Of a stretch of DNA of 64,000 nucleotides, positions 30,575-39,358 are shown piece by piece. The notes under the pieces were generated by a model. The model did no database searches. It had not been told where the DNA came from and was given only the letters and a program-made list of their open reading frames with translations. The DNA lies in the NCBI GenBank assembly GCA_021730945.1, contig JAKFYH010000005.1, positions 34-64,033 of the forward strand. Reading direction: 5' to 3'. Positions within the stretch are counted from its first letter, which is position 1; every line of letters starts with the position of its first letter. The translations under genes were made by a program, and so were the position numbers. Origin of the DNA: Acidobacteriota bacterium (GTDB taxonomy: Bacteria > Acidobacteriota > Vicinamibacteria > Vicinamibacterales > UBA2999).

Positions 30575-31821
30575 CCGCCGGCCTCTCCGCGGTTCTCGAT
30601 CGGCTGACTCATCGCTTCCCCTCGTTGCTCGTCGATACCATCGACGAGCACGAGCCGGGGAAGCGCATGGTGGCGATCAAGAACGTCACCGTCAACGAGG
30701 ACTTCTTCCAGGGGCACTTTCCGGGCAAGCCGCTGATGCCCGCCGTGCTGATGATTGAAGCCCTGACGCAAGTCGCGACGGCGCTGCTGCTCGATCGCGG
30801 CGGCGCATTTGCGACGTCGCGGGTGCATTTGCGCGGCGTGGACGGTGCCAAGTTTCGCCGCCAGGTCACCCCCGGCGATCGCCTCAGACTGACGGTGGTC
30901 CTCGCGAACGCGAAGGGATCGCTGGTACGGGCCGCGGCCTCGGCCGACGTCGACGGGCAGCCTGTGGCCGAGGCGGAGCTGGTGTTGATGCTCACGCCGG
31001 GAGCCGAGATCGATGCCTCGGCGCGGGTGCACGATGGCGCGGTGATTGGCGCGGGGACCCGGGTCGACGCCTTTGCCACGATTGGTCCGCAGGTTCGCAT
31101 TGGCCGCAATTGCAAGATTGGCGCGTCGGCGGTCATCGATGGCAACACCACGATTGGCGACGGCACCGAGGTCTACCCGTTCGCCTCGATTGGCTTGCCG
31201 CCGCAGGACCTAAAGTACCGCGGTGAAGACACCCGGCTGGTGATTGGCCAGCACAATATCTTCCGCGAGTTCGTGACGATTCACCGCGGCACCGCCGGCG
31301 GCGGCGGTGTGACCACGATCGGCGACCGTAACCTGTTCATGAACTACGTGCATGTCGCGCACGATTGCCACGTCGGCAACGAGACCATCTTCGGCCCCCA
31401 CGCCACGCTCGGCGGCCACGTGTCAGTCTCTGACTTTGTCAACGTATCTGCCGGCTCGGCGGTGCACCAGTTCTGCCGGGTCGGCCCCTACGCCTTCATC
31501 GGCGGCTATTCGGTGATCACCAAGGATGCGCTGCCGTACGGGCGCACCGTGGGCGGCCGGCCGGCGCGGATTTTCGGCTTGAACCTGATCGGCTTGAAGC
31601 GGCGGGGATTCACCGACGCGACACTCAAAAAGCTGCGCGCGGCCTATCGCTATCTGCTGCAGTCGAAGTTGAACACGACGCAAGCCCTGATACAGATTGA
31701 GAACGACCCGGCGCTCGCCGGTCCCGAAGTCGCCGGCCTGGTGGAGTTCATCCGCACGGCGTCGCGGGGCGTGATTCTGCGGCGCGGTGGCAAGAAGGCG
31801 GAAGAGTCCGCCGAAGACTGA
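30571..31821 (+). CDS. Fused 3-hydroxyacyl-ACP dehydratase FabZ / UDP-N-acetylglucosamine O-acyltransferase LpxA
   Basis: aa 1 to ~150: LPHRFP-like [12 protein letters not shown]...[21 protein letters not shown] (FabZ hot-dog fold). From aa ~155 onward, hexapeptide repeats plus [15 protein letters not shown]...TIHRGT...VAHDCHVG...GLKRRGF align with LpxA. No stop and no linker between them. Confidence 0.85.
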   Translation: MTAGLSAVLDRLTHRFPSLLVDTIDEHEPGKRMVAIKNVTVNEDFFQGHFPGKPLMPAVLMIEALTQVATALLLDRGGAFATSRVHLRGVDGAKFRRQVTPGDRLRLTVVLANAKGSLVRAAASADVDGQPVAEAELVLMLTPGAEIDASARVHDGAVIGAGTRVDAFATIGPQVRIGRNCKIGASAVIDGNTTIGDGTEVYPFASIGLPPQDLKYRGEDTRLVIGQHNIFREFVTIHRGTAGGGGVTTIGDRNLFMNYVHVAHDCHVGNETIFGPHATLGGHVSVSDFVNVSAGSAVHQFCRVGPYAFIGGYSVITKDALPYGRTVGGRPARIFGLNLIGLKRRGFTDATLKKLRAAYRYLLQSKLNTTQALIQIENDPALAGPEVAGLVEFIRTASRGVILRRGGKKAEESAED

Positions 31822-32669
31822 TGAAGATCGGCCTGATTGCGGGGAACGGCCGCTTTCCGTTCCTGGTGCTCGACGCCGCGCGCTCGCTCGGCTACGACGT
31901 CACCATCATCGCCCTCAAGGAGGAAGCCTCGCCCGAGATCGAGGCGGCGGCGGCTCGTCAGCCGGCGGCGGTAGTCCACTGGATCTCGATCGGCCAGTTG
32001 GGCGCCTTCCTCAAGATCCTGAAAGACGCCGGCTTGACCGAGGCCGTGATGGCCGGCCAGGTCAAGCACATCAAGATTTTCGGCGGGTTCGTGCCCGACC
32101 TGACCGCCATGTCGCTGCTGTCCCGCGTCAAGGCGATGAACACCGACGCGCTGATTGCGGCGGTGGCCGACCTCATGCGCGAGCACGGCGTCGAGCTGAT
32201 CAATTCCACCGCGTTCCTGCAGCCGCTGTTGGCGGGCACGGGGCAGTTGAGTGACCGGGCCCCAAGTGAAGCCGAGCGCAAGGACCTTGAGTTTGGCTAC
32301 CGGATGGCCGACGCGATTGCGGGCCTCGACATCGGACAGACCGTGGCGATCAAGCACCAGGCGGTCGTGGCGGTCGAGGCCATGGAAGGCACCGACGAAA
32401 CCATTGGCCGGGCCGGACACCTCGCCGGTGAGGGCGTCACCATCGTCAAGGTGGCCAAGCCGAACCAGGACATGCGCTTCGACGTGCCGATCGTGGGGCT
32501 CGCCACCATCCAGGCCATGCGCGTCGCCGGCGCGAAGGTACTGTCAGTGGACGGCGGGCACACCCTTATCTTCGATCGCGAGGCATTCTTCGCCTCGGCG
32601 AACGAGGCGGGCATTGCCATTGTCGGCAGGAGCCTGCCGCGACCAAGCGAGAGCGGGGGCGGGCAGTGA
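31821..32669 (+). CDS. lpxI: UDP-2,3-diacylglucosamine pyrophosphatase LpxI (DUF1009)
   Basis: [21 protein letters not shown]... and the position downstream of lpxA. Confidence 0.7.
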   Translation: MKIGLIAGNGRFPFLVLDAARSLGYDVTIIALKEEASPEIEAAAARQPAAVVHWISIGQLGAFLKILKDAGLTEAVMAGQVKHIKIFGGFVPDLTAMSLLSRVKAMNTDALIAAVADLMREHGVELINSTAFLQPLLAGTGQLSDRAPSEAERKDLEFGYRMADAIAGLDIGQTVAIKHQAVVAVEAMEGTDETIGRAGHLAGEGVTIVKVAKPNQDMRFDVPIVGLATIQAMRVAGAKVLSVDGGHTLIFDREAFFASANEAGIAIVGRSLPRPSESGGGQ

Positions 32670-33592
32670 GGGCAATCGTCATCGGCGTGGGCCACCTGGG
32701 GAAGCACCATGCCCGCATCCTGGCCTCGCTGCCCGGCGTGACGCTGGCCGCGGTCGTCGACACCAACCGGGAACGCGCCACCCAGATTGCCGCCGAGCGC
32801 GGCACCGCGGCCTATGCGGACGTGCGCGACGTGCCAGGTCCCATCGATGTGGCCGTGGTCTCGGTGCCGACGGAAAGCCATGCGCGGATTGCCGGCGCGT
32901 TGATCGAGTCGGGCATCCATACGCTGGTCGAGAAGCCGGTGACCCAGACCGTGGCCGAAGCGGACGTCCTGATTGCGGCGGCCAAGGCCAAGGGCGTGGT
33001 GTTTGCCGTCGGCCACAGCGAGCGGTTCAATCCGGCCGTCGCCGCCGCGCGGCCCTACCTGAAGGACCCGCGCTTCATTGAGGTGCACCGGCTGGGCCAG
33101 TTTCCCGACCGCAGCCTCGATATCGACGTGGTGCTCGACCTGATGATTCACGACATCGACCTGATCCTGAGCCTGGTGCCCAGCGAGGTGGCCGATGTGG
33201 AAGCCGTCGGTGTCCCGGTGCTGACGCCGCGGATTGATATTGCCAATGCGCGGATTCGGTTCGCCAGTGGCTGCATCGCCAACCTGACGGCCAGCCGGAT
33301 CAGCAAGGAACCGGTGCGGAAGATCCGGTTCTTTCAGCAGGACGCCTACGTCTCGATCGACACCGCCGCGCGCGAAGTCGAAGTCTGGCGGCTGGTGCCG
33401 CAACCGGCGGGCCTGCCGAAGATCGGCGGCGGTAAGCTGGAGGTGGCTGGCGACGAGGCGCTCAAGGGCGAACTCGAGGATTTCCTTGGGGCGGTGCGCG
33501 ATGGCCGCGCGCCTGCCGTCACCGGCGAACAGGGACGGGCGGCGCTTGCGCTGGCGACCCGCATCGTCGAACTCATGGGGCACAAGCCGTGA
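32666..33592 (+). CDS. Gfo/Idh/MocA-family NAD-dependent oxidoreductase
   Basis: [19 protein letters not shown] Rossmann N-terminus and EKP motif (LVEKPV). Confidence 0.85.
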   Translation: MRAIVIGVGHLGKHHARILASLPGVTLAAVVDTNRERATQIAAERGTAAYADVRDVPGPIDVAVVSVPTESHARIAGALIESGIHTLVEKPVTQTVAEADVLIAAAKAKGVVFAVGHSERFNPAVAAARPYLKDPRFIEVHRLGQFPDRSLDIDVVLDLMIHDIDLILSLVPSEVADVEAVGVPVLTPRIDIANARIRFASGCIANLTASRISKEPVRKIRFFQQDAYVSIDTAAREVEVWRLVPQPAGLPKIGGGKLEVAGDEALKGELEDFLGAVRDGRAPAVTGEQGRAALALATRIVELMGHKP

Positions 33593-34437
33593 TCAACATC
33601 GCAATTGCCGATCGGGCCCGCGCCAATGAGGCGCTGACGGCGGCTGAACTGGACGAACTGGCATCGGCCGACATCCTGTCGCTGGGCATGCTGGCCGACG
33701 AGGTCCGGCGCGCGCGCGTCGGCGACGCCGTGACGTTTGTTCGCGTCATCGATCCCACGGAGGCGGCCGGCGCCACGGTGCCGGGTGAGATACGCCTGGC
33801 CGTGTTGCCCGCCACCCTGGTCGAGGCGATCACCGCGGTGGAGCAGGCGTCTGCGACGGCCGGCGGCAGGAGGCTCAGCGGGTTCTCGCTGGCCGCCATC
33901 ATCGATCGGAACTGGGGCGACCTGGCCGAGGTCCTCGGGCAACTCAAGCGCGCCGGGCTTGATGCCCTGACCGAGGCGCCCCTGGACCTGCTCACCGAGG
34001 CCGAGGCGGCGCTGCAAGCTTGTCAGAATGCCGGCCTGGCCGTGCAGTGTCTTTCGGTTCAGAAGCCCGACGCCGGCGTCCGCACGGACATGCTGATGCG
34101 CGCCCGCGCTCTGGCGGCGAAGTTTCCGTGGCTGACGACCATAGCGCCACTGTCGCGCGAGCAATCGGTGGCCGTGCCGACGACTGGCTATGACGATGTC
34201 CGGGCGGTGGCGTTGGCGCGGCTGGCGCTGCCGTCGTTGCCGACTGTGCAGGTGGATTGGGCCCAGTACGGTCCAAAACTCGCCCAGGTGGCGCTTACCT
34301 TTGGCGCCAACGATCTCGATCGCGTCTCGATCACGGACGATGAGAGCCTTGGCCGCCGCCGCACGTCGCTCGAAGACGTGACGCGCAATATCACGGCGGC
34401 GGGATTCCAGCCGCGTGAGCGGTCATCCCAGGCATGA
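33589..34437 (+). CDS. MqnC/MqnE (CofH)-like protein lacking the radical-SAM CxxxCxxC motif
   Basis: Paralogous to the CDS at 35235 in two blocks: ...ELASADILSLGMLADEVRR... and ...TTGYDDVRAVALARLALP...LTFGANDLD. Only 2 Cys residues, and no Cys cluster where the paralog has CVARCNFCAF. Confidence 0.65.
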   Translation: MINIAIADRARANEALTAAELDELASADILSLGMLADEVRRARVGDAVTFVRVIDPTEAAGATVPGEIRLAVLPATLVEAITAVEQASATAGGRRLSGFSLAAIIDRNWGDLAEVLGQLKRAGLDALTEAPLDLLTEAEAALQACQNAGLAVQCLSVQKPDAGVRTDMLMRARALAAKFPWLTTIAPLSREQSVAVPTTGYDDVRAVALARLALPSLPTVQVDWAQYGPKLAQVALTFGANDLDRVSITDDESLGRRRTSLEDVTRNITAAGFQPRERSSQA

Positions 34438-35231
34438 CGCCACTCCGTTTGGGCGCGGTGTCGTACCTCAATACCAAGCCGCTCGTGCATGGTCTCGATC
34501 GTCTGCCCGGACAATTCGCCTTGCGGTTCGACGTTCCGTCGCGGTGCGCGGCGTTGTTGCATGAGGGGCTGGTCGACCTGGGACTGATTCCGGCCATCGA
34601 GTACCTGCGGGGCGCCGAGGACTACTGGATTGTGCCTGGTGTCTCGATCGCCTCTGAGGGAGAGATTGCCTCGGTCGCGGTGTTTTCGAAGGTGCCGATC
34701 GAGCAGGTCAAGACCATGGCGCTTGACCTCAGCTCGCGCACCTCGGTGGCGCTGACCACCATCCTCTGCGCCAAGCGCTGGGGCATCCGCCCGGCGCTCA
34801 CCCCGGCGGCTCCCGATTTGACGGCGATGCTGCGCGGCGCCGACGCGGCCTTGGTCATCGGCGACCCGGCGCTCGACATCGATCCGGCGGCGCACGGGTT
34901 GCTGAAGTTTGACCTCGGTGCCGAGTGGCACGCGCTGACCGGCCTGCCGTTTGTCTACGCCATGTGGACCGGTCGCGAAGGTGCGGCGTCGGCCGAGCAC
35001 TGCCGGGCGCTGCAGGCGGCGCGCGACCGCGGGCTGGCCGATCTGCCGGCGATTGCCGCCGCCGCTGGCGGCGGCAATGCCGGCCGTGAGGCCCGGGCCC
35101 TGGTGTATCTGCGTGATAATCTCAAGTACGGGTTAGGTGAGCGGGAAGCCGCCGGCTTGCGCCGCTTTCACGAGCTGGGTGTCGAGATCGGATTGGCCGG
35201 CGCACCGAAGCCCCTGCGTTTCTATCAATAG
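34434..35231 (+). CDS. mqnA: Chorismate dehydratase (futalosine pathway)
   Basis: MTPLRLGAVSYLNTKPLVHGL... is a typical MqnA N-terminus, in periplasmic-binding-protein-like fold context. Confidence 0.8.
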   Translation: MTPLRLGAVSYLNTKPLVHGLDRLPGQFALRFDVPSRCAALLHEGLVDLGLIPAIEYLRGAEDYWIVPGVSIASEGEIASVAVFSKVPIEQVKTMALDLSSRTSVALTTILCAKRWGIRPALTPAAPDLTAMLRGADAALVIGDPALDIDPAAHGLLKFDLGAEWHALTGLPFVYAMWTGREGAASAEHCRALQAARDRGLADLPAIAAAAGGGNAGREARALVYLRDNLKYGLGEREAAGLRRFHELGVEIGLAGAPKPLRFYQ

Positions 35232-35234
35232 CCG

Positions 35235-36458
35235 ATGGACCTCAAGGCATTCGAGCAGCGAATCGAGTCGGGCGGACGGCTGAGCGCAGACGAGGCGTTG
35301 CAGTTGTATCGTCACGCGCCGACCTACTGGCTGGGCCGCATGGCGGATGGCGTCCGGCGTCGCAAGCATCCGGACGGCCTCGTCACCTACATCATCGACC
35401 GCAACGTCAACTACACGAACGTCTGCGTCGCCCGGTGCAATTTCTGCGCGTTCTATCGCGAGGTCGGCCACGGCGAAGGCTACGTACTCGGCTTCGATGA
35501 AATCTACAGAAAGATCGCCGAGACCCGGGCGCTCGGGGGCGAACAGTTGTTGTTGCAGGGCGGTCATAATCCCGACCTGCCGCTGGCCTGGTACGAAGAT
35601 CTCTTTCGCGGCGTGAAGCAGCGATTCCCGGACTTCAAGCTGCATGCGCTATCGCCGCCTGAAGTGCTGCACATTTCGCGCACCTCCAAGCTGCCGGTAC
35701 CCGAGGTGATCAGCCGGCTGATCGCCGCCGGCCTCGACAGCGTGCCTGGCGGCGGCGCCGAGATCCTGGTCGATCGCGTGCGCAAGTTGCTGAACTGCTA
35801 CGCCAAGGCGTCGGCCGACGAATGGCTGGATGTGATGCGCCATGCGCACCAGGCCGGCCTGAGGACGACGGCGACGATGATGTACGGGACGGTGGAGACC
35901 GACGAGGAGCGCCTGCAGCACATGCTGCGGCTGCGCGACCTGCAGGACGAGACCGGTGGGTTTACCGCGTTCATTACCTGGAGCTATCAACCCGAGCACA
36001 CCGAGCGCGGCGGCGTTGAAGCGACCGGCATCGACTACCTGCGCACGCTGGCCATCGCGCGTCTGGTGCTCGACAATTTCGACAACCTGCAGGCGTCGTG
36101 GGTGACGCAGGGCGGCAAGGTCGGCCAGTTGAGCCTGGCGTTTGGCGCCAACGACATGGGCAGCGTGATGATCGAGGAGAACGTCGTGCGGGCGGCCGGG
36201 GCCGTCTACTGCATGGACGAAGTCGAGATCGTGCGCAATGCCGAGGACGCCGGCTTCGTCGCCAAGCGCCGCAACATGCACTACGAGATCCTCGGCGACC
36301 CGTTCTTCCGCGAACACCAGGTGCCGCGCACCCTGGAGCTGTCCACGGCGCGCGAAGCCGGCGACACTTCGGTGCCGGCCGAACTGGTGAACTACCCTGC
36401 GCGCACCGCCGCCGGCAAGCGGCAGCGGTCGCAACCGCCGGCGTCGCCGGTCGCATGA
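35235..36458 (+). CDS. Radical-SAM menaquinone biosynthesis enzyme (MqnC or MqnE type)
   Basis: IIDRNVNYTNVCVARCNFCAFYR radical-SAM cluster motif; CofH/MqnC-like C-terminal region. Confidence 0.85.
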   Translation: MDLKAFEQRIESGGRLSADEALQLYRHAPTYWLGRMADGVRRRKHPDGLVTYIIDRNVNYTNVCVARCNFCAFYREVGHGEGYVLGFDEIYRKIAETRALGGEQLLLQGGHNPDLPLAWYEDLFRGVKQRFPDFKLHALSPPEVLHISRTSKLPVPEVISRLIAAGLDSVPGGGAEILVDRVRKLLNCYAKASADEWLDVMRHAHQAGLRTTATMMYGTVETDEERLQHMLRLRDLQDETGGFTAFITWSYQPEHTERGGVEATGIDYLRTLAIARLVLDNFDNLQASWVTQGGKVGQLSLAFGANDMGSVMIEENVVRAAGAVYCMDEVEIVRNAEDAGFVAKRRNMHYEILGDPFFREHQVPRTLELSTAREAGDTSVPAELVNYPARTAAGKRQRSQPPASPVA

Positions 36459-37660
36459 CCGCCTACCGGGCAGCCTGGGTCTGCCCGATCGATCAGGCTC
36501 CTATTCGCGGCGGCATCGTGTCGGTCGAAGGCGGCCGCATTCTCGGGATCCGGGACCCGGGAACCGGACCCCGGACCCCGGACCCCGGACCCCGGGATCT
36601 AGGCAACGTGGTCCTGATGCCCGGTCTCATCAACGCACACATTCATCTCGAGCTATCGTGGCTGCGCGGGCGCGTGCCACCGGCCGCCCGGTTCACCGAC
36701 TGGGTCAGGCAGCTGTTTGCCACTCGGCGCGGCATCGAGCGGCCGGACGATCCGGCGGTGGTGGCGCCCATGCGCGCGGCGATCGAAGAGTTGCACGCGA
36801 GCGGGACGGTGGCGGTGGGCGACATCAGCAACTCGCTGGCCTCGCCGGCGGCGTTACGCGAGGCGGGTATCGACGGCGTCGTGTTTCACGAGCTGTTGGG
36901 TTTCTCGGAGCGAGACGGGGCGCTGATTGAGCGGACGCGCGAGGCGCGGCGATCGGTGCCCGGACGCGTCTCGTTGGCGCCACACGCGCCGTACTCAACC
37001 TCCGCCGAGTTGTTTCAGGCCATTCGCGCGGCAGTCGATGGTTCGCAATGCCGCATCATGAGCGTGCACCTCGGCGAGTCGCCGGAGGAGACCGAGTTGC
37101 TGGCGACGGGCACCGGGCCCTGGCGCGCCATACTCCAGGGCATCGGCGCCTGGCGCGACGACTGGCAGGTGCCGCGGTGCGGCCCGGTCGAGTATCTCGA
37201 TGGCCTGGGTGTGATCGATCGGCACACCTTGGTGGTGCACGGCGTGCAATTGGGCGGTGCGGCGTTGGCGCGGCTGGCCGCCATTGGCGCGACCCTGGTG
37301 ACTTGTCCGCGCAGCAACCACTGGGTCGGCGTGGGGGTGCCGCCGATCGAGGCTTTCTACCAGTCAGGGGTGTCGGTTGCGGTCGGGACCGACAGCCTCG
37401 CCAGTGTCGATGACCTGAACCTGTTCAGCGAGCTGAAGGCGATGCGAAGGGTCGCGCCGGCGGTGCCGGCGGGGAAGCTGCTTGAAAGCGCCACCCTGGC
37501 CGGCGCCCGCGCGCTTGGTCTCGAACGCGACCTGGGTTCGCTGACCCCCGGCAAGCGAGCGGAGATTCTCGCCATCGCGCTGCCCAAAGCGGTGGATGAT
37601 ATTGAGGAGTACCTGGTCGGCGGCATCCACCCCGCACAGATCACGCACTTGAGCACCTGA
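36455..37660 (+). CDS. Amidohydrolase-superfamily deaminase (candidate aminodeoxyfutalosine deaminase)
   Basis: ATGA overlap with the upstream gene; LMPGLINAHIHLE (HxH); ...HLGES...; ...GTDSLAS. Specific function is inferred from context only. Confidence 0.75.
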   Translation: MTAYRAAWVCPIDQAPIRGGIVSVEGGRILGIRDPGTGPRTPDPGPRDLGNVVLMPGLINAHIHLELSWLRGRVPPAARFTDWVRQLFATRRGIERPDDPAVVAPMRAAIEELHASGTVAVGDISNSLASPAALREAGIDGVVFHELLGFSERDGALIERTREARRSVPGRVSLAPHAPYSTSAELFQAIRAAVDGSQCRIMSVHLGESPEETELLATGTGPWRAILQGIGAWRDDWQVPRCGPVEYLDGLGVIDRHTLVVHGVQLGGAALARLAAIGATLVTCPRSNHWVGVGVPPIEAFYQSGVSVAVGTDSLASVDDLNLFSELKAMRRVAPAVPAGKLLESATLAGARALGLERDLGSLTPGKRAEILAIALPKAVDDIEEYLVGGIHPAQITHLST

Positions 37661-37682
37661 GCACCCCAGCACCTGAGCACCT
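37651..37682. repeat. Four tandem 8-mers (gagcacct) spanning the stop of the amidohydrolase and the TTG start of the prenyltransferase
   Basis: gagcacct gagcaccc cagcacct gagcacct. TGA at 37658-60, TTG at 37682-84. Confidence 0.85.
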
Positions 37683-38530
37683 TGAAGATATCCACCTACT
37701 TTTCGTTCGTCCGCTTCAGCCATTCGGTGTTCGCGCTGCCATTTGCGCTCACCGGCGCGCTGCTTGCGTGGCGGCAGGCCCCGTTTCACTGGAGCCAGGT
37801 GCTGTGGGTGATGGTGGCCATGGTGGCGGCCCGAAGCGCGGCGATGGGGTTCAATCGGCTGGTCGATGCCCGGATGGATGCGCTCAATCCGCGCACCGCC
37901 ATGCGCGAGATTCCGCGCGGCGCCATGAGCCGCGGCGCCGCGACCATCTTCGTCGTGGTTTCGGCTTTCGTGTTTGTCGCCGCCTCGGCGATGCTGAGCC
38001 CGCTGTGCGGATGGCTGTCGCCGCTCGCGTTGGCCATTGTGTTTTGGTACTCGCTGGCCAAGCGCTATACCTCGTATACCCAGGCATTCCTCGGCCTGGC
38101 CATGGCGGTGGCGCCGGTGGGAGGCTGGCTGGCGGCCGGCGGGCGCGGCGGCTGGGAGCCGTGGCTGCTGGGACTGGCCATCGGCCTGTGGGTAGGCGGC
38201 TTCGATATTCTGTATGCCTGCCAGGATGTGGCCTTTGATCGCGCCCACGGGTTGCACTCCATTCCAGTGCGGTTCGGCGTGCCACGGTCGCTCGCGATTT
38301 CCCGGATCATGCACGTCGCCACGGTCGTGTGCATGGGCGCGCTGGCCTTGATCGTGCCGCTTGGCCCGATTTACCTCGGCGGCGTCGTGTTGGTGGCAGC
38401 CTTGCTCGGCTACGAGCAATCACTGGTGAGCGCCGACGATCTGTCGCAGGTCAAGCGCGCCTTCGACCTTAATGGCTGGGTCGGGATTCTGTATTTCATG
38501 ACCACCGGACTGGCGCTATATGTCGCATAA
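37682..38530 (+). CDS. UbiA-family polyprenyltransferase (menaquinone, MqnP-like by context)
   Basis: NRLVDARMDALNPRT (NxxxDxxxD motif) and 8-9 TM helices. Confidence 0.85.
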   Translation: MKISTYFSFVRFSHSVFALPFALTGALLAWRQAPFHWSQVLWVMVAMVAARSAAMGFNRLVDARMDALNPRTAMREIPRGAMSRGAATIFVVVSAFVFVAASAMLSPLCGWLSPLALAIVFWYSLAKRYTSYTQAFLGLAMAVAPVGGWLAAGGRGGWEPWLLGLAIGLWVGGFDILYACQDVAFDRAHGLHSIPVRFGVPRSLAISRIMHVATVVCMGALALIVPLGPIYLGGVVLVAALLGYEQSLVSADDLSQVKRAFDLNGWVGILYFMTTGLALYVA

Positions 38531-39299
38531 AGAGCTGGCCCCAGACGGGCCGGGCGCGAAAGAGGACCCGTCCGCCGAAGCGCGCAGCGCGAAGGTGGAT
38601 AAGTCGCCCGCCAAGATCGCCGGCATGTTTGACGCCATTGCCGGTCGCTACGACCTGTTGAACACCGTGCTGTCGGCCGGGCTCGACCGCTACTGGCGGC
38701 GCCGGGCCATTGCCACGCTCAAGCTGACCGGGCGCGAACGGCTCCTGGACGTCTGCACCGGGACGGCCGATGTCGCCCTCGGTGCGGCGCGCAGGGCCAC
38801 CGGGGCAGCCCGAGTCGTCGGCGTCGACTTCTCGGGCGCCATGCTCTGTCATGGCCTCGAGAAGGTGACGCAGGCGCGCCTGTCGGAGAGGGTTCAATTG
38901 ATTCGCGGCGATGCCATGGACCTGCCGGTGGCCAGCGCTTCGGTTGATGCGGTGACGATCGCGTTCGGCATTCGCAACGTGCAGCAGCCCGGGGTGGCCT
39001 GCCAGGAACTGTTCCGGGTGCTCAGGCCAAGCGGCCGGCTGGCCATCCTCGAGTTCGGCCTGCCGGTGGTGCCGGCCGTGCGTCCCTTGTATCTCTGGTA
39101 TTTCAACCACGTCCTGCCGCGGATTGGCCGCGCGGTGTCGCGCAATACCTCGGCCTATACCTACCTGCCCGAATCGGTGGGCACGTTCCAGTTCGGCGAT
39201 GAATTCGCGCGAATCCTGACTGACGCAGGATTTTCACATGTCAAGTCCCGCCCATTGGCGTTCGGGATCGTCTATCTGTATACGGGACAGAAGAGCTGA
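38520..39299 (+). CDS. ubiE: Demethylmenaquinone/ubiquinone C-methyltransferase
   Basis: FDAIAGRYDLLNTVLSAGLDRYWRR and SAM motif LLDVCTGTAD. Confidence 0.9.
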   Translation: MSHKELAPDGPGAKEDPSAEARSAKVDKSPAKIAGMFDAIAGRYDLLNTVLSAGLDRYWRRRAIATLKLTGRERLLDVCTGTADVALGAARRATGAARVVGVDFSGAMLCHGLEKVTQARLSERVQLIRGDAMDLPVASASVDAVTIAFGIRNVQQPGVACQELFRVLRPSGRLAILEFGLPVVPAVRPLYLWYFNHVLPRIGRAVSRNTSAYTYLPESVGTFQFGDEFARILTDAGFSHVKSRPLAFGIVYLYTGQKS

Positions 39300-39338
39300 A
39301 GGTCTGCGGGTCCTGAGGCTGGCGGGGTCCAAGACCTG

Positions 39339-39344
39339 TATAAT
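39339..39344 (+). promoter_or_regulatory. -10-like TATAAT upstream of the tonB-like gene
   Basis: Perfect TATAAT 14 nt before ATG 39359, preceded by the hairpin aggtct...agacct. Confidence 0.35.
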
Positions 39345-39358
39345 CGTGTAACTTACTG

